DNA of 64,000 nucleotides from an uncultured Planctomycetota bacterium (GCA_963845755.1 CAWJTV010000011.1:64001-128000), one strand, 5' to 3'. Positions 12,501 through 21,995 are shown, counted from the first letter of the stretch. The notes: a model not told the origin generated them from the letters alone. Made by a program: numbers and translations.

Positions 12501-12833
12501 GTCGGGATCGTCGTAAGCGTCGACGATCGCAATGGTCTGGCCGGACCCATCCCCCTGGACCGTCCCGTACATGATGTTATTCAGGCCGTACGCCGTGCGA
12601 ATCTGGTCGGGGGCGTAGCCGCCCACGGGACCGCCGCTGATCTGGGGCTCGCCGTCTCCCGAGCCGGGCGTCGAACCCCATGGGCCGGGCATCGACACGT
12701 GACCACCGATCACGATCGGCAGCGTGATCGATGACGACGCCAGCAGGGTCCGCTTCTCCAGGTCTTCCAGAATCGGACGGAGGGATGGCTTGCGGATCGT
12801 CCGGAGACGATGCCATCGCGGTCGGGAGGACAT
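6594..12833 (-). CDS. Giant secreted S53 (sedolisin-like) peptidase with Gly-rich region and three C-terminal repeat domains
   Basis: 2079-aa ORF. LEDLEKRTLL export-type motif; EEALD, ATGDSG, GGTSVAAP, DITSGSNG/GYDEVTGLGSP motifs; NGGPTPT..L..GSPAI...DQRG..R...DIGAY (choice-of-anchor-Q-like). Confidence 0.9.
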   Translation of the reverse strand: MSSRPRWHRLRTIRKPSLRPILEDLEKRTLLASSSITLPIVIGGHVSMPGPWGSTPGSGDGEPQISGGPVGGYAPDQIRTAYGLNNIMYGTVQGDGSGQTIAIVDAYDDPDFVDSTDPNFGSSDLAVFDQTFGLPDPPSFTKFNQSGQTTNLPGTDPSAGSGNGDWEMEEALDIEWAHAMAPGANIDLVEASSDSDPNNADLFTAVATAASLPGVSVVSMSWGLDEVSSELSNDSTFTTPSGHQGVTFIAATGDSGSPGYYPAYSPKVLATGGTTLDLNANNTIASETAWSGSGGGTSQFESEPAYQDGVQSTGKRTIPDVAWDADPNTGVAVYDTFDETQDGSAWIPIGGTSVAAPSWSGLIAIADQGRVLAGASSLDGPSQTLPAIYTVSSNDFHDITSGSNGGFKAGPGYDEVTGLGSPKANLLIPDLVAYGAATQMVVTAQPPSNVIVGDPFGVVVSAEDVQGGVDPEYGGTMTIALANNPTGATLGGTLTVRASHGQAVFDNLTLNKIGTGYTFQITDSDFPSVKTGAFNVVANPTPGSGTFYPVPTDASLRDAINTAESNGDASNTIVLSTATYVLTDTTLGQIVIQNTSSLPNKTLTIVGQGETSTIIEPGLALWSDRVFEVVGTSQANVTVVFQGLSIEGGNATGGGILGGTAALGGALLIDGGTVEMTHVALTKNRAQGLAGASGAAAGSSKAAGGGGNGDPGRGGGIYLAAGTLSLNNDTISGNFALGGDGGNGGKGSARNTAHPSAAVTGGGGGRGGTAAGGGLYVAGGQFFGANDSFATNEALGGAGGFGGAGGIGGESKAGGSGGPGGAGGAAAGGAFYLAAGSLTLNKDLLQGDSAVGGQGGAGGAGGPGSSLVASTTFSLPTGSSLPGLPTTGSGFPTGFGHGGNGGLGGVGGPGGAAAGGGFYVDGGALTLALTTLSDNQAIGGQGGAGGRGGPGGFGGLGSLITGGSGGSVVVGGSGGTGGLGGIGQGGGLFLAAGTVLFDGDTFSGNAANGGAGGSGGAGGSGALAGGLSGSLGGGSGGSGGAGVIVKHRAGSPAHQHGGLDGGIPLIFGTSSSFFGGGGVTGGNGGPGGDGGQGQGGGLFVAGGALTLVNNTVAENSVRGGAAGSGGPGGKGGSLGLGNGASGSSGLAGTAHGGGCYIDGGTVDLDNSTIALNTQAGAGSVGGVDQVAGTVMAVSTLFAGNGPVDYSGPVNALSCLFQTPVINGTVGTNKKNLLGVNPLLATAGLASNGGPTPTIALQTGSPAIGAGSNPEDLLTDQRGYGPRTSSNGTDIGAYQSNAIADTSPPTASLSAPNVTASNASSANPYVFTVTYTDNTAVAGTSLPGTVVQVSPPGGVAPITATVISTETTGSTDAVGNAKGFVVTYQITPPGGSWSANDNGTYAVSLGGTPVTDLSGNAVATGRMGTFTVNITAGNQASATFLKTDTTTRGGWIGTYGTQGYDVIGDTPSLSPYATVSPSGELTHVWSASTTAPQALQNPGGSGRIEECWYSPTSFTVNLDLIDGKAHDIELYMLDLQSSPSRVEQIQISDATTGTVLDTETVSSFTNGVYLNWAVQGDVTITITHETGANAVLSGIFVDPAATTSSSATFLKTDTTTQGSWIKTYGTQGYDVIGDTPSLSPYATVSPSGELTHVWSASTTAPQALQNPGGSGRIEECWYSPTSFTVNLDLIDGQLHDIELYFLDLQSSPSRVEQIQISDAATGTVLDTETVSSFTGGVYLDWAVQGDVVITITHEAGANAVLSGIFIDPAGSSASFLKTDTTTRGGWIGTYGTQGYDVIGDTPSLSPYATVSPSGELTHVWSASSTAPQALQNPGGSGRIEECWYSTTSFTVNLDLIDGKAHDIELYFLDLQSSPSRVEQIQISDAATGTVLDTETVSSFTNGVYLNWAVQGDVVITFTHEAGVNAVLSGIFIDPAVSSDSETSIASNHVLVTMPVGSQATTSSPVTSGNTESTRLETTGTPNSSGTETPGTALGSGLATNIPGNTFSPQFPSKHHLKAGDKGHGPPHLTKLKGHTTQARNHEAEAADQATRALPERRPAVLPMWFDIRHHPLVRRHLGRP
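7030..8530 (-). repeat. Three near-identical about 500-nt intragenic repeats
   Basis: Units S-A-[TS]-FLKTDTTT...NAVLSGIF[VI]DP; periods 498 and 507 nt (matching antisense ORF ends at 7419, 7917, 8424). Confidence 0.95.
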
Positions 12834-13638
12834 GGGGATTCTCCTGGGTGCGGGGCACTCTTGATTGTTGAAGGCGAACCGACCGCGATCGATCCCCGAA
12901 GGATCGAAGCTTTCAGATGGGATCGATGGATGACGGGGACGGGCGCGGACTCTGCGTTGGCGGTCCAGCGGGACCAGTCGTGGACCGCACGCGCCATCAA
13001 TTCATCGGGTTTGCACGGATGACGTCTCTCGCTTGCAATGCCGTGTGAAGGAGACGATTGCCGGTGTATCGGCAAACGGCCTGGAAGGTCGAAAGCCTCC
13101 TGGGCGAACACAACGATCCTGACAATAGCGAATGACAGTCAGGAGGCAGACAAGGACATCGTCGCGGCCTGCGATCCTCGATGAAACAGCTTTCAAGATA
13201 ATGACTTCAGCCGAACGGAATGCAGGCGGGTACGGAGCTCGGGCAGGGCCTTTGGCGACACCGCACCTCAAGGGTGCGAGGGATTCAAGACCCGGCATCT
13301 CCAACAGATTTACGAGACATAATCGGAAAGTCAAGCCGAGCCGTTAAGATTTGCAAATGATGCTCGACGCAGTGAAAGGACCCAGATTGCCGCCACCTCA
13401 ATTCGGAGGCAGCCTGAAAACCACGTCGGCGCGGAACCCGCAACTTCTCAGGATAGCGAACGCGCCTTGTGCCTCCTCTTCAATCGTGATCTCGCCATAT
13501 TGGGAAACGAACTCCTTGCATCCGGTGGCAATCCTTGTTCCAATGCGCAATCAGCACAGTTCAATGGCATGATGCTCGATGTGCTCTTTGGGTGGCGCGC
13601 CTCTCTGGATGTCCTATCCGGTCGGGAGAGGGGATCAC

Positions 13639-14238
13639 ATGGGCCATCACCGGGATTCGCACGCGAGTCCCATTCGCTCCGTCGAATTTCACCTGAAACG
13701 CCTCGCGATGCGGTGGAACTTACCCGCTATCGAATGCGAGGACTGCACCCAGGAGGCCTGGCTCGCCCTGCGGGAAGAGCACTCGGACTGGGCGCCCGAC
13801 GAGCCGAGGGCCCTGACGTGGCTTGCTGCCGTCGTCCTCAACAAGGCGCGGGACTTCCATCGCCATCAGAAACGACACCCAGTCCGGCATCTCGATGACT
13901 TGCCCCCGATTTCCGTATTCGACGCCGTCCAATCACTGCCAGAGTCCGACCAGAACGGCCAAGATCGAGAGGTCATTTCCAAGCTTCGAGACAGTTTGAA
14001 CCGACTGAGTGAAATCAATCGTGAAATTCTCATATCGCGGATATTGCTTGGCTTGACCTATCGGGAGATTGGCGTGGCCATGAACCTGGGGGCGGAGCAA
14101 GTCAAGAAGCGCCACTCCCGAACCCTGCGTCGATTGCAAAAGGAGTTACGCCCGCACATGCGAGGGAGCGACGATGCTGGGGGGGGGGTAAATGGAACTT
14201 CCCATTCCGAATCCTGCTCATTTCGGGCTCTCCCGTAG
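13639..14238 (+). CDS. ECF-family sigma factor (divergent)
   Basis: EDCTQEAWL, LTWL..V..NKARDF.R; region 4 LNRLSE..REIL....L.GLTYREIG..M......VK.R.SR. Confidence 0.8.
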   Translation: MGHHRDSHASPIRSVEFHLKRLAMRWNLPAIECEDCTQEAWLALREEHSDWAPDEPRALTWLAAVVLNKARDFHRHQKRHPVRHLDDLPPISVFDAVQSLPESDQNGQDREVISKLRDSLNRLSEINREILISRILLGLTYREIGVAMNLGAEQVKKRHSRTLRRLQKELRPHMRGSDDAGGGVNGTSHSESCSFRALP

Positions 14239-14573
14239 TTCGGGCTGGAGAGCCAGACTTCGGTGACTCTCCTACCGCTTCAATCCTGCAAAATTATGCA
14301 CGAATTCTTTTACACCTTGTCTCGCAATAAGTTGCGTCCGAGACCCACCCGATTGAAAAATCGCGGCTCGATCACTTAAGAATCGCCTAAGTCCTTAGAA
14401 AATCAGGGCTTGCGGCACGCAATCACTCCAGAGGCGCCGTACTCGATGTCGATGTGGGGCGTCCCCTTATGCGATTTATAGAGTAGAGGGACTAAGCCCG
14501 CTTTCGATCGGGCAATGGGCGAGGCAGTCGTCCGAAGGGGTCCTTTGTTTTTTTCCTGCCAAGGGGTAAGGCA

Positions 14574-15515
14574 ATGACCCCATCAAGAGGAGCTCAGGTT
14601 CCCCGTCTTGGATTCACCTTGATTGAGGTCTTGGTCGCCATGGCGATCATTGCCATTCTCTGCGCGATCCTGATACCCGCGGTTCTGCTCGTCCGAGAGT
14701 CAGCCCGCCGAATATCCTGCACGAACAACTTGTCACAGCTCGGCGTTGCCCTGAACTCGTATCTCGGGTTCTATAACGATGTCATGCCGGCGCCGTCCAA
14801 TGGCTACTCGGTCCATGTCGTCCTGCTCCCGATGCTGGACCAGGGCGCCCTGTACAATATGTTCAACCTATCGCAAACGTACATGCCGACGCCGGGGTAC
14901 CGAGTTAGCTCCACGATCTCCTCCTGTTTGGTCGGTACGTTCGGCTGCCCGTCCGACTCGGAATTCGGAGTAACCGGCAACGTGAACTACGCCTGCAACA
15001 CGGGTACTGGCTTGATCTCGTATGGGATGAACGGAGTGTTTACTTACGGTGTATGGTCCAAGGCGATACCCGTGAGTAGCATCACCGATGGCACCAGTAA
15101 CACGACGGCGATGTCCGAGTGGTTACTTGGGCTGCCGAATCTCGGGAGAGATCCCAGGCGCACAGTGTTCATTACGTCATCCGGCCCTTACGTGACTACG
15201 GACGGCCTGGCTCGCGATTGTCGTGGAATTGATATGTGGCTCGCTCCGCGAAGCAACAACAAGGGCACGGCGTGGATTGCCAACCAGATGTCCTTTACGT
15301 TATACAACCATGTTATGAACATTAACGAGTACAGTTGCCTCCCGGGTGGCGCCATGCCACTTGGTGCTCTCACCGCCGGCAGCATGCACAATAGCGGGGC
15401 GAACTCGTTGTTCGTAGACGGTCACGTGAAGTGCATCTCGTCCGGGATCGACCTCAAAGTCTGGAGGGCCGCCGGCAGCCGAGACGGTGGTGAGGTGGTC
15501 ACATCCGACCTCTAG
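14574..15515 (+). CDS. DUF1559 / prepilin-type N-terminal cleavage-methylation protein with H-X9-DG motif
   Basis: GFTLIEVLV...PAV..VRESARR..C.NNL.QLG; ITDGTSNT; HNSGANSLFVDG. Confidence 0.92.
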   Translation: MTPSRGAQVPRLGFTLIEVLVAMAIIAILCAILIPAVLLVRESARRISCTNNLSQLGVALNSYLGFYNDVMPAPSNGYSVHVVLLPMLDQGALYNMFNLSQTYMPTPGYRVSSTISSCLVGTFGCPSDSEFGVTGNVNYACNTGTGLISYGMNGVFTYGVWSKAIPVSSITDGTSNTTAMSEWLLGLPNLGRDPRRTVFITSSGPYVTTDGLARDCRGIDMWLAPRSNNKGTAWIANQMSFTLYNHVMNINEYSCLPGGAMPLGALTAGSMHNSGANSLFVDGHVKCISSGIDLKVWRAAGSRDGGEVVTSDL

Positions 15516-15590
15516 GTCGGCATCCGCTTGCGCTCCTGACACGTGTCTCTTGTCCAACATCCATTTTGCCAGCAGCGGAGGAAGACGACA

Positions 15591-16034
15591 ATGAGGACAG
15601 CCGTGATTCTCGTCGCGGTAGTTGTGGTGTGCTCGCTCTCGACGATCGAGGCCCATGCTCAATCGGGCTATGCGCTCTCGGTGTGGTCACCGACGAACGG
15701 GCAAAACTACGGTAACGGGGCTTGGATGAACGTTAACGGGTCGTTCACGTACCCGTGGCCATGCGTGGGAATTACATGCTCACCCAACGTGTGGCTGACT
15801 TTGACGGGCGGCAATACGATGTGGTACAATGTGGATCTGAATGCAAACGGTATGGTGAGCTACGGCTATGGTTATGGCGGTATCGTGGCGACCTTAACCG
15901 TATATGCGAACATGCCGTGGGGATCCTATGACATGGATATCTGGCTGTCCGACGCGACATCGAACCCACCGGCCGGCAACGGCAACAATGTACTCGGAAG
16001 TCCAGTGTTCTTGACGATATCAGTGGGACCATGA
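15591..16034 (+). CDS. Small secreted beta-rich hypothetical protein
   Basis: GGAGG SD; signal peptide ending A-H-A; rich in Gly/Asn/Tyr/Trp. Confidence 0.7.
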   Translation: MRTAVILVAVVVVCSLSTIEAHAQSGYALSVWSPTNGQNYGNGAWMNVNGSFTYPWPCVGITCSPNVWLTLTGGNTMWYNVDLNANGMVSYGYGYGGIVATLTVYANMPWGSYDMDIWLSDATSNPPAGNGNNVLGSPVFLTISVGP

Positions 16035-16050
16035 TGGGCCCCCGGGGTGA

Positions 16051-16569
16051 TTGTCATGCCGAGTGGCCCGGTCCGCGGCTGGCCAGCGTCTGTGGCCAGT
16101 CTACGCGCTCGTTTCCACCGCCTCCGCCCTAGTCTGTACAACGATCTACGAGTATGGATCAGTCGGTGCCGCCCTGGCGGCAGTGCGTGGCCGCGCTGTC
16201 CATGTCGAACACACCACCAAGTCGTTCGGTGCGACAAAGGTCGGCTCCAATCGTAAGGTGGAATTTGTGCTGAACAATTTGCTGAATCGCCCCGTCCGAG
16301 TGGTCGCTTCGGAGTCGGCGTGTTCGTGCGCGTCGGTGGTTCGCCTTCCGGTTACTATTCCACCGATGGGTAGCCAGACCGTTATGGTCTCGGTGCAACC
16401 ACAGATCGTTGGTCGCCTCGAACAGACTGTCGGTTTGCAGATAGACGTCCTGGGTCACCCGCTCCTGCAACTCCGTGTGGTTGGTGAGGTGGAAGCGGGA
16501 GAAGAACCTGATCAAAAAAACGGAAGGACGGGAATAGTGAAGACGGAGAACCGCCGCCCCGCTTTTTGA
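16051..16569 (+). CDS. DUF1573 domain protein
   Basis: F.L.N....PVRV....SACSCA......IPP.GS..V.V Ig-like motif; start uncertain. Confidence 0.75.
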   Translation: MSCRVARSAAGQRLWPVYALVSTASALVCTTIYEYGSVGAALAAVRGRAVHVEHTTKSFGATKVGSNRKVEFVLNNLLNRPVRVVASESACSCASVVRLPVTIPPMGSQTVMVSVQPQIVGRLEQTVGLQIDVLGHPLLQLRVVGEVEAGEEPDQKNGRTGIVKTENRRPAF

Positions 16570-16636
16570 AGGGCTCTTATGACACGAACGGCCTGGACGC
16601 CCGACGGCTCTGCGATCTGATCTTCTTGAGGAACTC

Positions 16637-19293
16637 TCATGGCACGAACGGCGTGTGCGGCACCCGGGCGTGGCAGGTCGTCCCGGCGTGGAAACGCCTG
16701 GCATGAGGACCGCGACCGTAGAAGATGTGAGGGCGCCGGGGTCCCTCGAGCGCCGGCGCCTTGTGGCCCAAACGCTTCTGGAGCGGTCGCCGGACTCGAT
16801 AGGCGACGGCCGAAGTCAGGATCACTCCGAGAGGGATCGTGAGGTCGGCTTCGATCAGGTGTGATCGGTGTTTTCGACGGCGTGCGGGGACCGGGACTTC
16901 GGACTGGGCGAGGATTTCCGAGGACTCCGGCGTCCTGGGGCTGTGGTCTGCATCGGACACCCCGCCGAGCCAGGAGGAGATGGGCCCGCTCGGGAACCAG
17001 TTGACCAGGGAGAGCAGCCGGTCAACCCGCGCCAGGACCCGCGCATCTTCGCCGGCGCCGACCGTCTCGGGTTTGGCCGTCACAGCCAGGACGGCCGCCT
17101 CTTGCGGGACGGCCGGTTGACCTTCGGCGGAGCCGAGATTTTCGGGCGGATCGCCATTGCCGAGTCGCCACTCGGAGTCCGACGCCGACGTGTAGCGGAT
17201 TCCCGGCATCAACCCGTTCAATCGATCCGCCACGGAAGCCAGCGCCCCCTCGACCGTCGGGCCGACCGCGGCGACCTGCTGGGCATCCGCCCCCGGCAGC
17301 CCCATCAGGCCCGTGTCCATCGAGACCAGCAGCAAGCTGGAGGGGACGGGAGACGCGACGAGTGCTGTCACACTCGATGCCGCGCTGCCGCCGGAAATCA
17401 CCGCATTCGTCACCCCATCGGCTGCTCCCAGGCCCGATGTCGCGGTCGGGTCCGCCGAGAGCGAGCCGACCAGCGACAAGCTCAGCGCGGGTGCCTGGCC
17501 GACGCCGTTCTCGATGATCTTCTCGTAATCGAGTGCCAGCGGCTTGAGGGTCCATTGAACCACGGCGGGTTGAGACCCGACGGCGGTCACCCGCACGTCG
17601 TAGACCCCGGGCTGGAGTGCCATCTCGGAGTGGGTCAGTCCCGACAGGTTGTCCATGGTGAGGGCGGTCGTCCCGCCTGGCCCCGTGACTTCGAGATCGG
17701 CCTCGCCTGCGCCCACGAGGGTCTGGATCCCGTAAGTACCGGGGCAGATCACCACGAAGCGGTAGGCGGTTTCCTGGCCGGCGGCGAGCAGGGTGGTCCG
17801 CGAGATCGACGAGTCCCAGGTCACGTTGATCGGGCCGGGCCAGACGACGCCCAGATTGTCGGGGCGCTCGCTCCGGTGGGTGCGATGGTCCAGGTCGCCA
17901 GGACGCCCGACGGATTGCCCGACGGAGCGACCAGCGGTAGGCCGGAGGAATCGGTCAAGCCGCCTTGGACCGGATCGACCAACCGGTACGTCCCCGCCGG
18001 CAGGGGTTCGTCGAAGATGAACCCAAGTGCGTTCGTGGCGAATTGATCGCTCACGGCCGTGATGGGCCAGACCTGGCCCGAGGCGTTGACCACTTCGAGG
18101 GCGGTCTCTTGCTGGTCGGGAAGGAATAGAGGGGTCGCGTTGACCGGGCCGGAGAAGGTCAGGTCCAGTCCCGTCGGGGACGGTTCGAGGGAATCCGCGT
18201 ACTCCAGGGTGTGGCCCACCAGGGTGGTGGTGCTGACGGCCGGATCGGCGAACAACTGGAGGAGGAACCGGCCGCTGGGGCCTTCGAAACCCGCGATGCC
18301 CGGCGTCCCCGTCACGGGGTTGTAGCCGTTGAGCCATCCGGTCAGGTTCTTGGCGGCGGAGACCCCGACGTAATACGTTCCCGGCGCCAGGCCCTCGATG
18401 AGGAAGGGATCGGAGCGGTTGGTCGCCGAACCCGCGCCGGAGGTGTTTTCGGCCAGCACATCCCCCTTGGCGTCGAAGAGGGTCAGGCCGGCTGTCAAGG
18501 GGCTGCCGATGGCCTGCGACAAGAGCTGCGCATTCAATTGCCAGCGGTTCCCCGACGGCAGCGTGAACTGATAGAGGCTTACCGACGACGACGCGTTCTG
18601 GGGATCGACGAAGCCCGAAACGCTCCGCGTCGTCGGGCCGATGTTCCCCAACTTGATCGCGCCTCCCAGCGTCACTCCGGGGCCCAGGATCGTGAACTGG
18701 GCGATCGGCACCGGCTGGCTCCCCGCCCAGGCCGATGCCGGGTAGAACGAACCGAACACGGAAGCCAGCACAGTCCCCGGCAGGATGTCGAGCTGGTAAG
18801 TCCCCGGCCCCAGCCCCAGGTTCCCTGCCGAAGGCGAGATGCTGACCTGGGCCTGGGAGACGGTCCCATCGGCAGCCGTCTGGATGGTGACGTTCTCCTG
18901 CAGCGGCGACGAGGTGTTGCTGCCCAGCACGGGCGACCCCACGCCGCCGGGGCCGACCTGGTCGAGCTCCACCTCGGCGTTGTCACCCTGGCTGACATTG
19001 TCGAACGCGACGAGTGCGGGAAAGGTCTGACCTGGTTCGGTACCGAGTAAGCCCGAGAAGACATTGTCGATCGTGGTGACGTCACCCGGGTCGAAGGTGA
19101 TCGCCAACTGCTGAGGCGCCTGAAGCAGGACCGTCCCATCGGCCGGCTGAATCGCATCGATCCCGGGTAGGGAGACCGAGAGGAGATGCCGGCTCTCCAG
19201 GAGTTCCAGGGCGGGCCGACGACTCGCTGGCCGCTGGGAGCGGGTTCGGAGATGATACGACTTCCCATCAAGCAGGTTCATCGGGATATCCAC
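16637..19293 (-). CDS. Large LEPR-XLL surface protein with PPC-like domains and C-terminal TM helix, frameshifted near 17850
   Basis: PALELLESRHLL; YQFTL...LTLFDA.G..LA.N...DPFL...L.PGTYYVGVS. ORFs 17821..19293 and 16637..18337 join; C-terminal LGVILTSAVAYRVRR. Confidence 0.7.
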
Positions 19294-19311
19294 GACTTCG
19301 GTGATGCCCTG

Positions 19312-20832
19312 TCACCGGTGGTGTCTTCGGGGCGTCGAATGCCGCTGGTGGTGGCCGTGCCAATCCTCCAGGACGGCATCCACCGCCTGGAAGACGACCA
19401 CCACGTCCGGCATGCCGGCGGTCGAGCTGGGCTGCTGCCCCGTCTTGGAATTGCTCTGCGGAGTCATCGCGGTCGTCTCCGCGTCCTGCGTCGTGAAGCT
19501 GGGCAAAGCGCCGATTGATCCGCCACCATGGCCGGTGGGCGGGTTCGGCTGCGCAGGTGGCACGGTGGTCTTCCCCGCGACCGCGCCGCTATTCATCTGG
19601 AAAGCCCAGCCCGAGATATTGCCGATCGTGATCCAAATGGGCTGCTGCGGGATGAGGGGAGACTCGCCGGCACCGATGGCGTTCATGCTTGCCTCAATGG
19701 CGTTCTGGGTGGTGCCGCCGCTGTTGTCCGGCTGTTCAGGCACCACCGTGTTCGGCGGCGAGATCGGCGACTGGGACTGCGAGCCGAAATTGACCAGCAA
19801 GCCGTAGGCTCCAACGGTACCCACCGTGCCCGAGCTCGCCGCCGTGACCCTGATGTAATACTTCTGCCCGGCCTGAACGTTAATCGTCGTCGAGGGCGCC
19901 GCCCCGTAGACGCCCGTCGCGTAGACTTGGGAGATCTGGCTCAGCGACGAGTTGTAGACGGTCAGCCCGGGTGCCAGCGAGCTCAGGTTGGACGACTGCG
20001 CGGTGATCGCCATCTTTCCGGTCGTCGAGGAGGGGACTGTGACAACGTACCACTCCGCATCACCGGCGGTGGTATTGTCCAGGGCCGAGAGCGAGATCTG
20101 GGACTGACCGTTGATATAGGACGTGATATTGGTCGCGGTCAGAAACGTGCTGTTCCGCGTGCCGTGGTTATTGAACTGGTCGTACTGGTGCGCGCCATAA
20201 ACGGAATCGATACCGCTAACGTCGTCGCTGCTCAGGGTCTGATTGATCCCCTCGTAGGTGCCGTACATCACGGCCCATTGGACGCTCGAGTCGCCCAGGC
20301 CCAGGGCGTGGCCGAACTCATGCGCCGCCACGGTCATCAGGTCATACGTGTTGTTGATCGCCCAGGTCGCCGTCGAGTTGAACAGGATATCACCGGCAGC
20401 CGTGCCGCCATTGGCCTGCGGGGGCAGGAAGGTTTCGGCGAGGACGCCGGACGGCAACGGGATGGCGCCGATGCGGATGTCGCCGAACCGCGGGTCGTCT
20501 TGCTGATCGCCGCTGATGCCGTCCGCTTCTCCGCCATCCGGAACCAGGGACAGGTTGACATTGGCAGCCGTCTCCCAGATCGACGCCGCCTGTTCGATCT
20601 GAGTTTGCCAGGTCGCCGTGGAAGCCACCTTGTTGAGGGTCTGGAACAGAACGCTGGGCGTTCCGCCCACGCTGGTCCCATCGGGCATGAAGCTGTAGGT
20701 GATCCGGCTGTCGTAGGTCCACATGTCGCCGAGGGTCGAGTAGAGCAGCAGCCGACTCTCCAGATGTTCCGGGGCAGGGCGGGCGTTGCGAGACGGTGTC
20801 CACCGAGCGGAGGTGCGTCGAAGTCCCAGCAT
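19312..20832 (-). CDS. Matrixin-family (M10-like) zinc metalloprotease with PPC-like domain
   Basis: EHLESRLLL; ITYSF; GDIRIG; AAHEFGHALGLGD followed by Met-turn AVMYG. Confidence 0.88.
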   Translation of the reverse strand: MLGLRRTSARWTPSRNARPAPEHLESRLLLYSTLGDMWTYDSRITYSFMPDGTSVGGTPSVLFQTLNKVASTATWQTQIEQAASIWETAANVNLSLVPDGGEADGISGDQQDDPRFGDIRIGAIPLPSGVLAETFLPPQANGGTAAGDILFNSTATWAINNTYDLMTVAAHEFGHALGLGDSSVQWAVMYGTYEGINQTLSSDDVSGIDSVYGAHQYDQFNNHGTRNSTFLTATNITSYINGQSQISLSALDNTTAGDAEWYVVTVPSSTTGKMAITAQSSNLSSLAPGLTVYNSSLSQISQVYATGVYGAAPSTTINVQAGQKYYIRVTAASSGTVGTVGAYGLLVNFGSQSQSPISPPNTVVPEQPDNSGGTTQNAIEASMNAIGAGESPLIPQQPIWITIGNISGWAFQMNSGAVAGKTTVPPAQPNPPTGHGGGSIGALPSFTTQDAETTAMTPQSNSKTGQQPSSTAGMPDVVVVFQAVDAVLEDWHGHHQRHSTPRRHHR

Positions 20833-21212
20833 CGTAATACTCCGTTGCAAATCAGGGAGATTTCGCAGGGGATAGACTCAGACGGCGGAGGATCGATTTC
20901 GTCGCGCGGCTGAAGGCCAACGCCTCATCCGGCTAGGGAAGCTCAGGATCATCGCGGCTTCGTGATCCTCCACCGAACACAGTAGACGCACCTCCACTGC
21001 AACACTAGGTCAGGTTGGGAGATGCTGCCAAGAAAAGACGTGTTAGCCCGGTGGTCAGGCAAATTTGAGGGAGGGGCGTTGCGATCGAGCCACAAGTGCT
21101 GCCAAAAAAGGACATGAAATCGGTCGAACCTGGAGCTTCATCGGCTCAGAAAAGCCACTTCCGTCGCCCGGCGAGATCCGCGGCCGCGGAGCCGGTCGGA
21201 CCCGATGGGCCG

Positions 21213-21995
21213 TCAAACCGCGGCGCGGGTCGCCCGCTTCCGCCGCCAGATCATGGCGGCAGCCGCCAGGCCCCAGAAGGTCCAGGTCGTGGGCTCCGGG
21301 GTCGCCATCGGAACAACCATCTGCGGCGCCGACTGGATGATCTGATCGAAGCCGCTCGGAAGAATCGCCGCGCGCAGGGCGGCGGCGGCGGCCGGGCTGA
21401 ACGTCGAGTTCGGGCTGATCATCATGGCCCAGTTGGCCCTCGTCGAATCGATATAGTTGCCGGACTGGTCGTAATTCTCCCCGACGCCGAAGGCGAGCAT
21501 CAACTCGTGGGCGATATTGTGCGCGACAAGCCATTCGAGCTGATCGACCGATTGGGCCGATTGGGCCATCGGATCGATGAAGCTGAACCCGTTGCCGCCG
21601 ATGGCGGTTGTCCCAATAGCGCCGGGAAAGGCCAGGCTCGAGGTGTTCGAGACCTCGCTGAGCACATGGGCGGTTGGGATGCCGGGATTGTCTGTCAGAG
21701 CGACTGCAATTCCGCTGAGGCTGAAGGTCTGCTCGACACGCTGGAGGACCGTGCCGTCGAAACTCTGCTGTTGCTGCGCGGTGGGAGGGCCGCCGAAGAG
21801 GCCGGCGACGGCTGTGCTGTCGAACCAGGGCTGTGCGTTACCGGTTGTGATCTGGCTCTGGTCGGGATACGGGCTGGATCCCAGGTTGATGAAGGCGTCA
21901 ACGGGGGCGGACGAAATGAGCGGATCGGCGCCGGCCGTTCGCACCGCGGCGATCGACAGGATGATACCCAGAACGAGGATCCTCCAACCAGCCAT
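21213..21995 (-). CDS. PEP-CTERM-anchored secreted protein
   Basis: AGGAGG SD; signal peptide; C-terminal TPEPTTWTFWGLAAAAMIWRRKR. Confidence 0.85.
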   Translation of the reverse strand: MAGWRILVLGIILSIAAVRTAGADPLISSAPVDAFINLGSSPYPDQSQITTGNAQPWFDSTAVAGLFGGPPTAQQQQSFDGTVLQRVEQTFSLSGIAVALTDNPGIPTAHVLSEVSNTSSLAFPGAIGTTAIGGNGFSFIDPMAQSAQSVDQLEWLVAHNIAHELMLAFGVGENYDQSGNYIDSTRANWAMMISPNSTFSPAAAAALRAAILPSGFDQIIQSAPQMVVPMATPEPTTWTFWGLAAAAMIWRRKRATRAAV

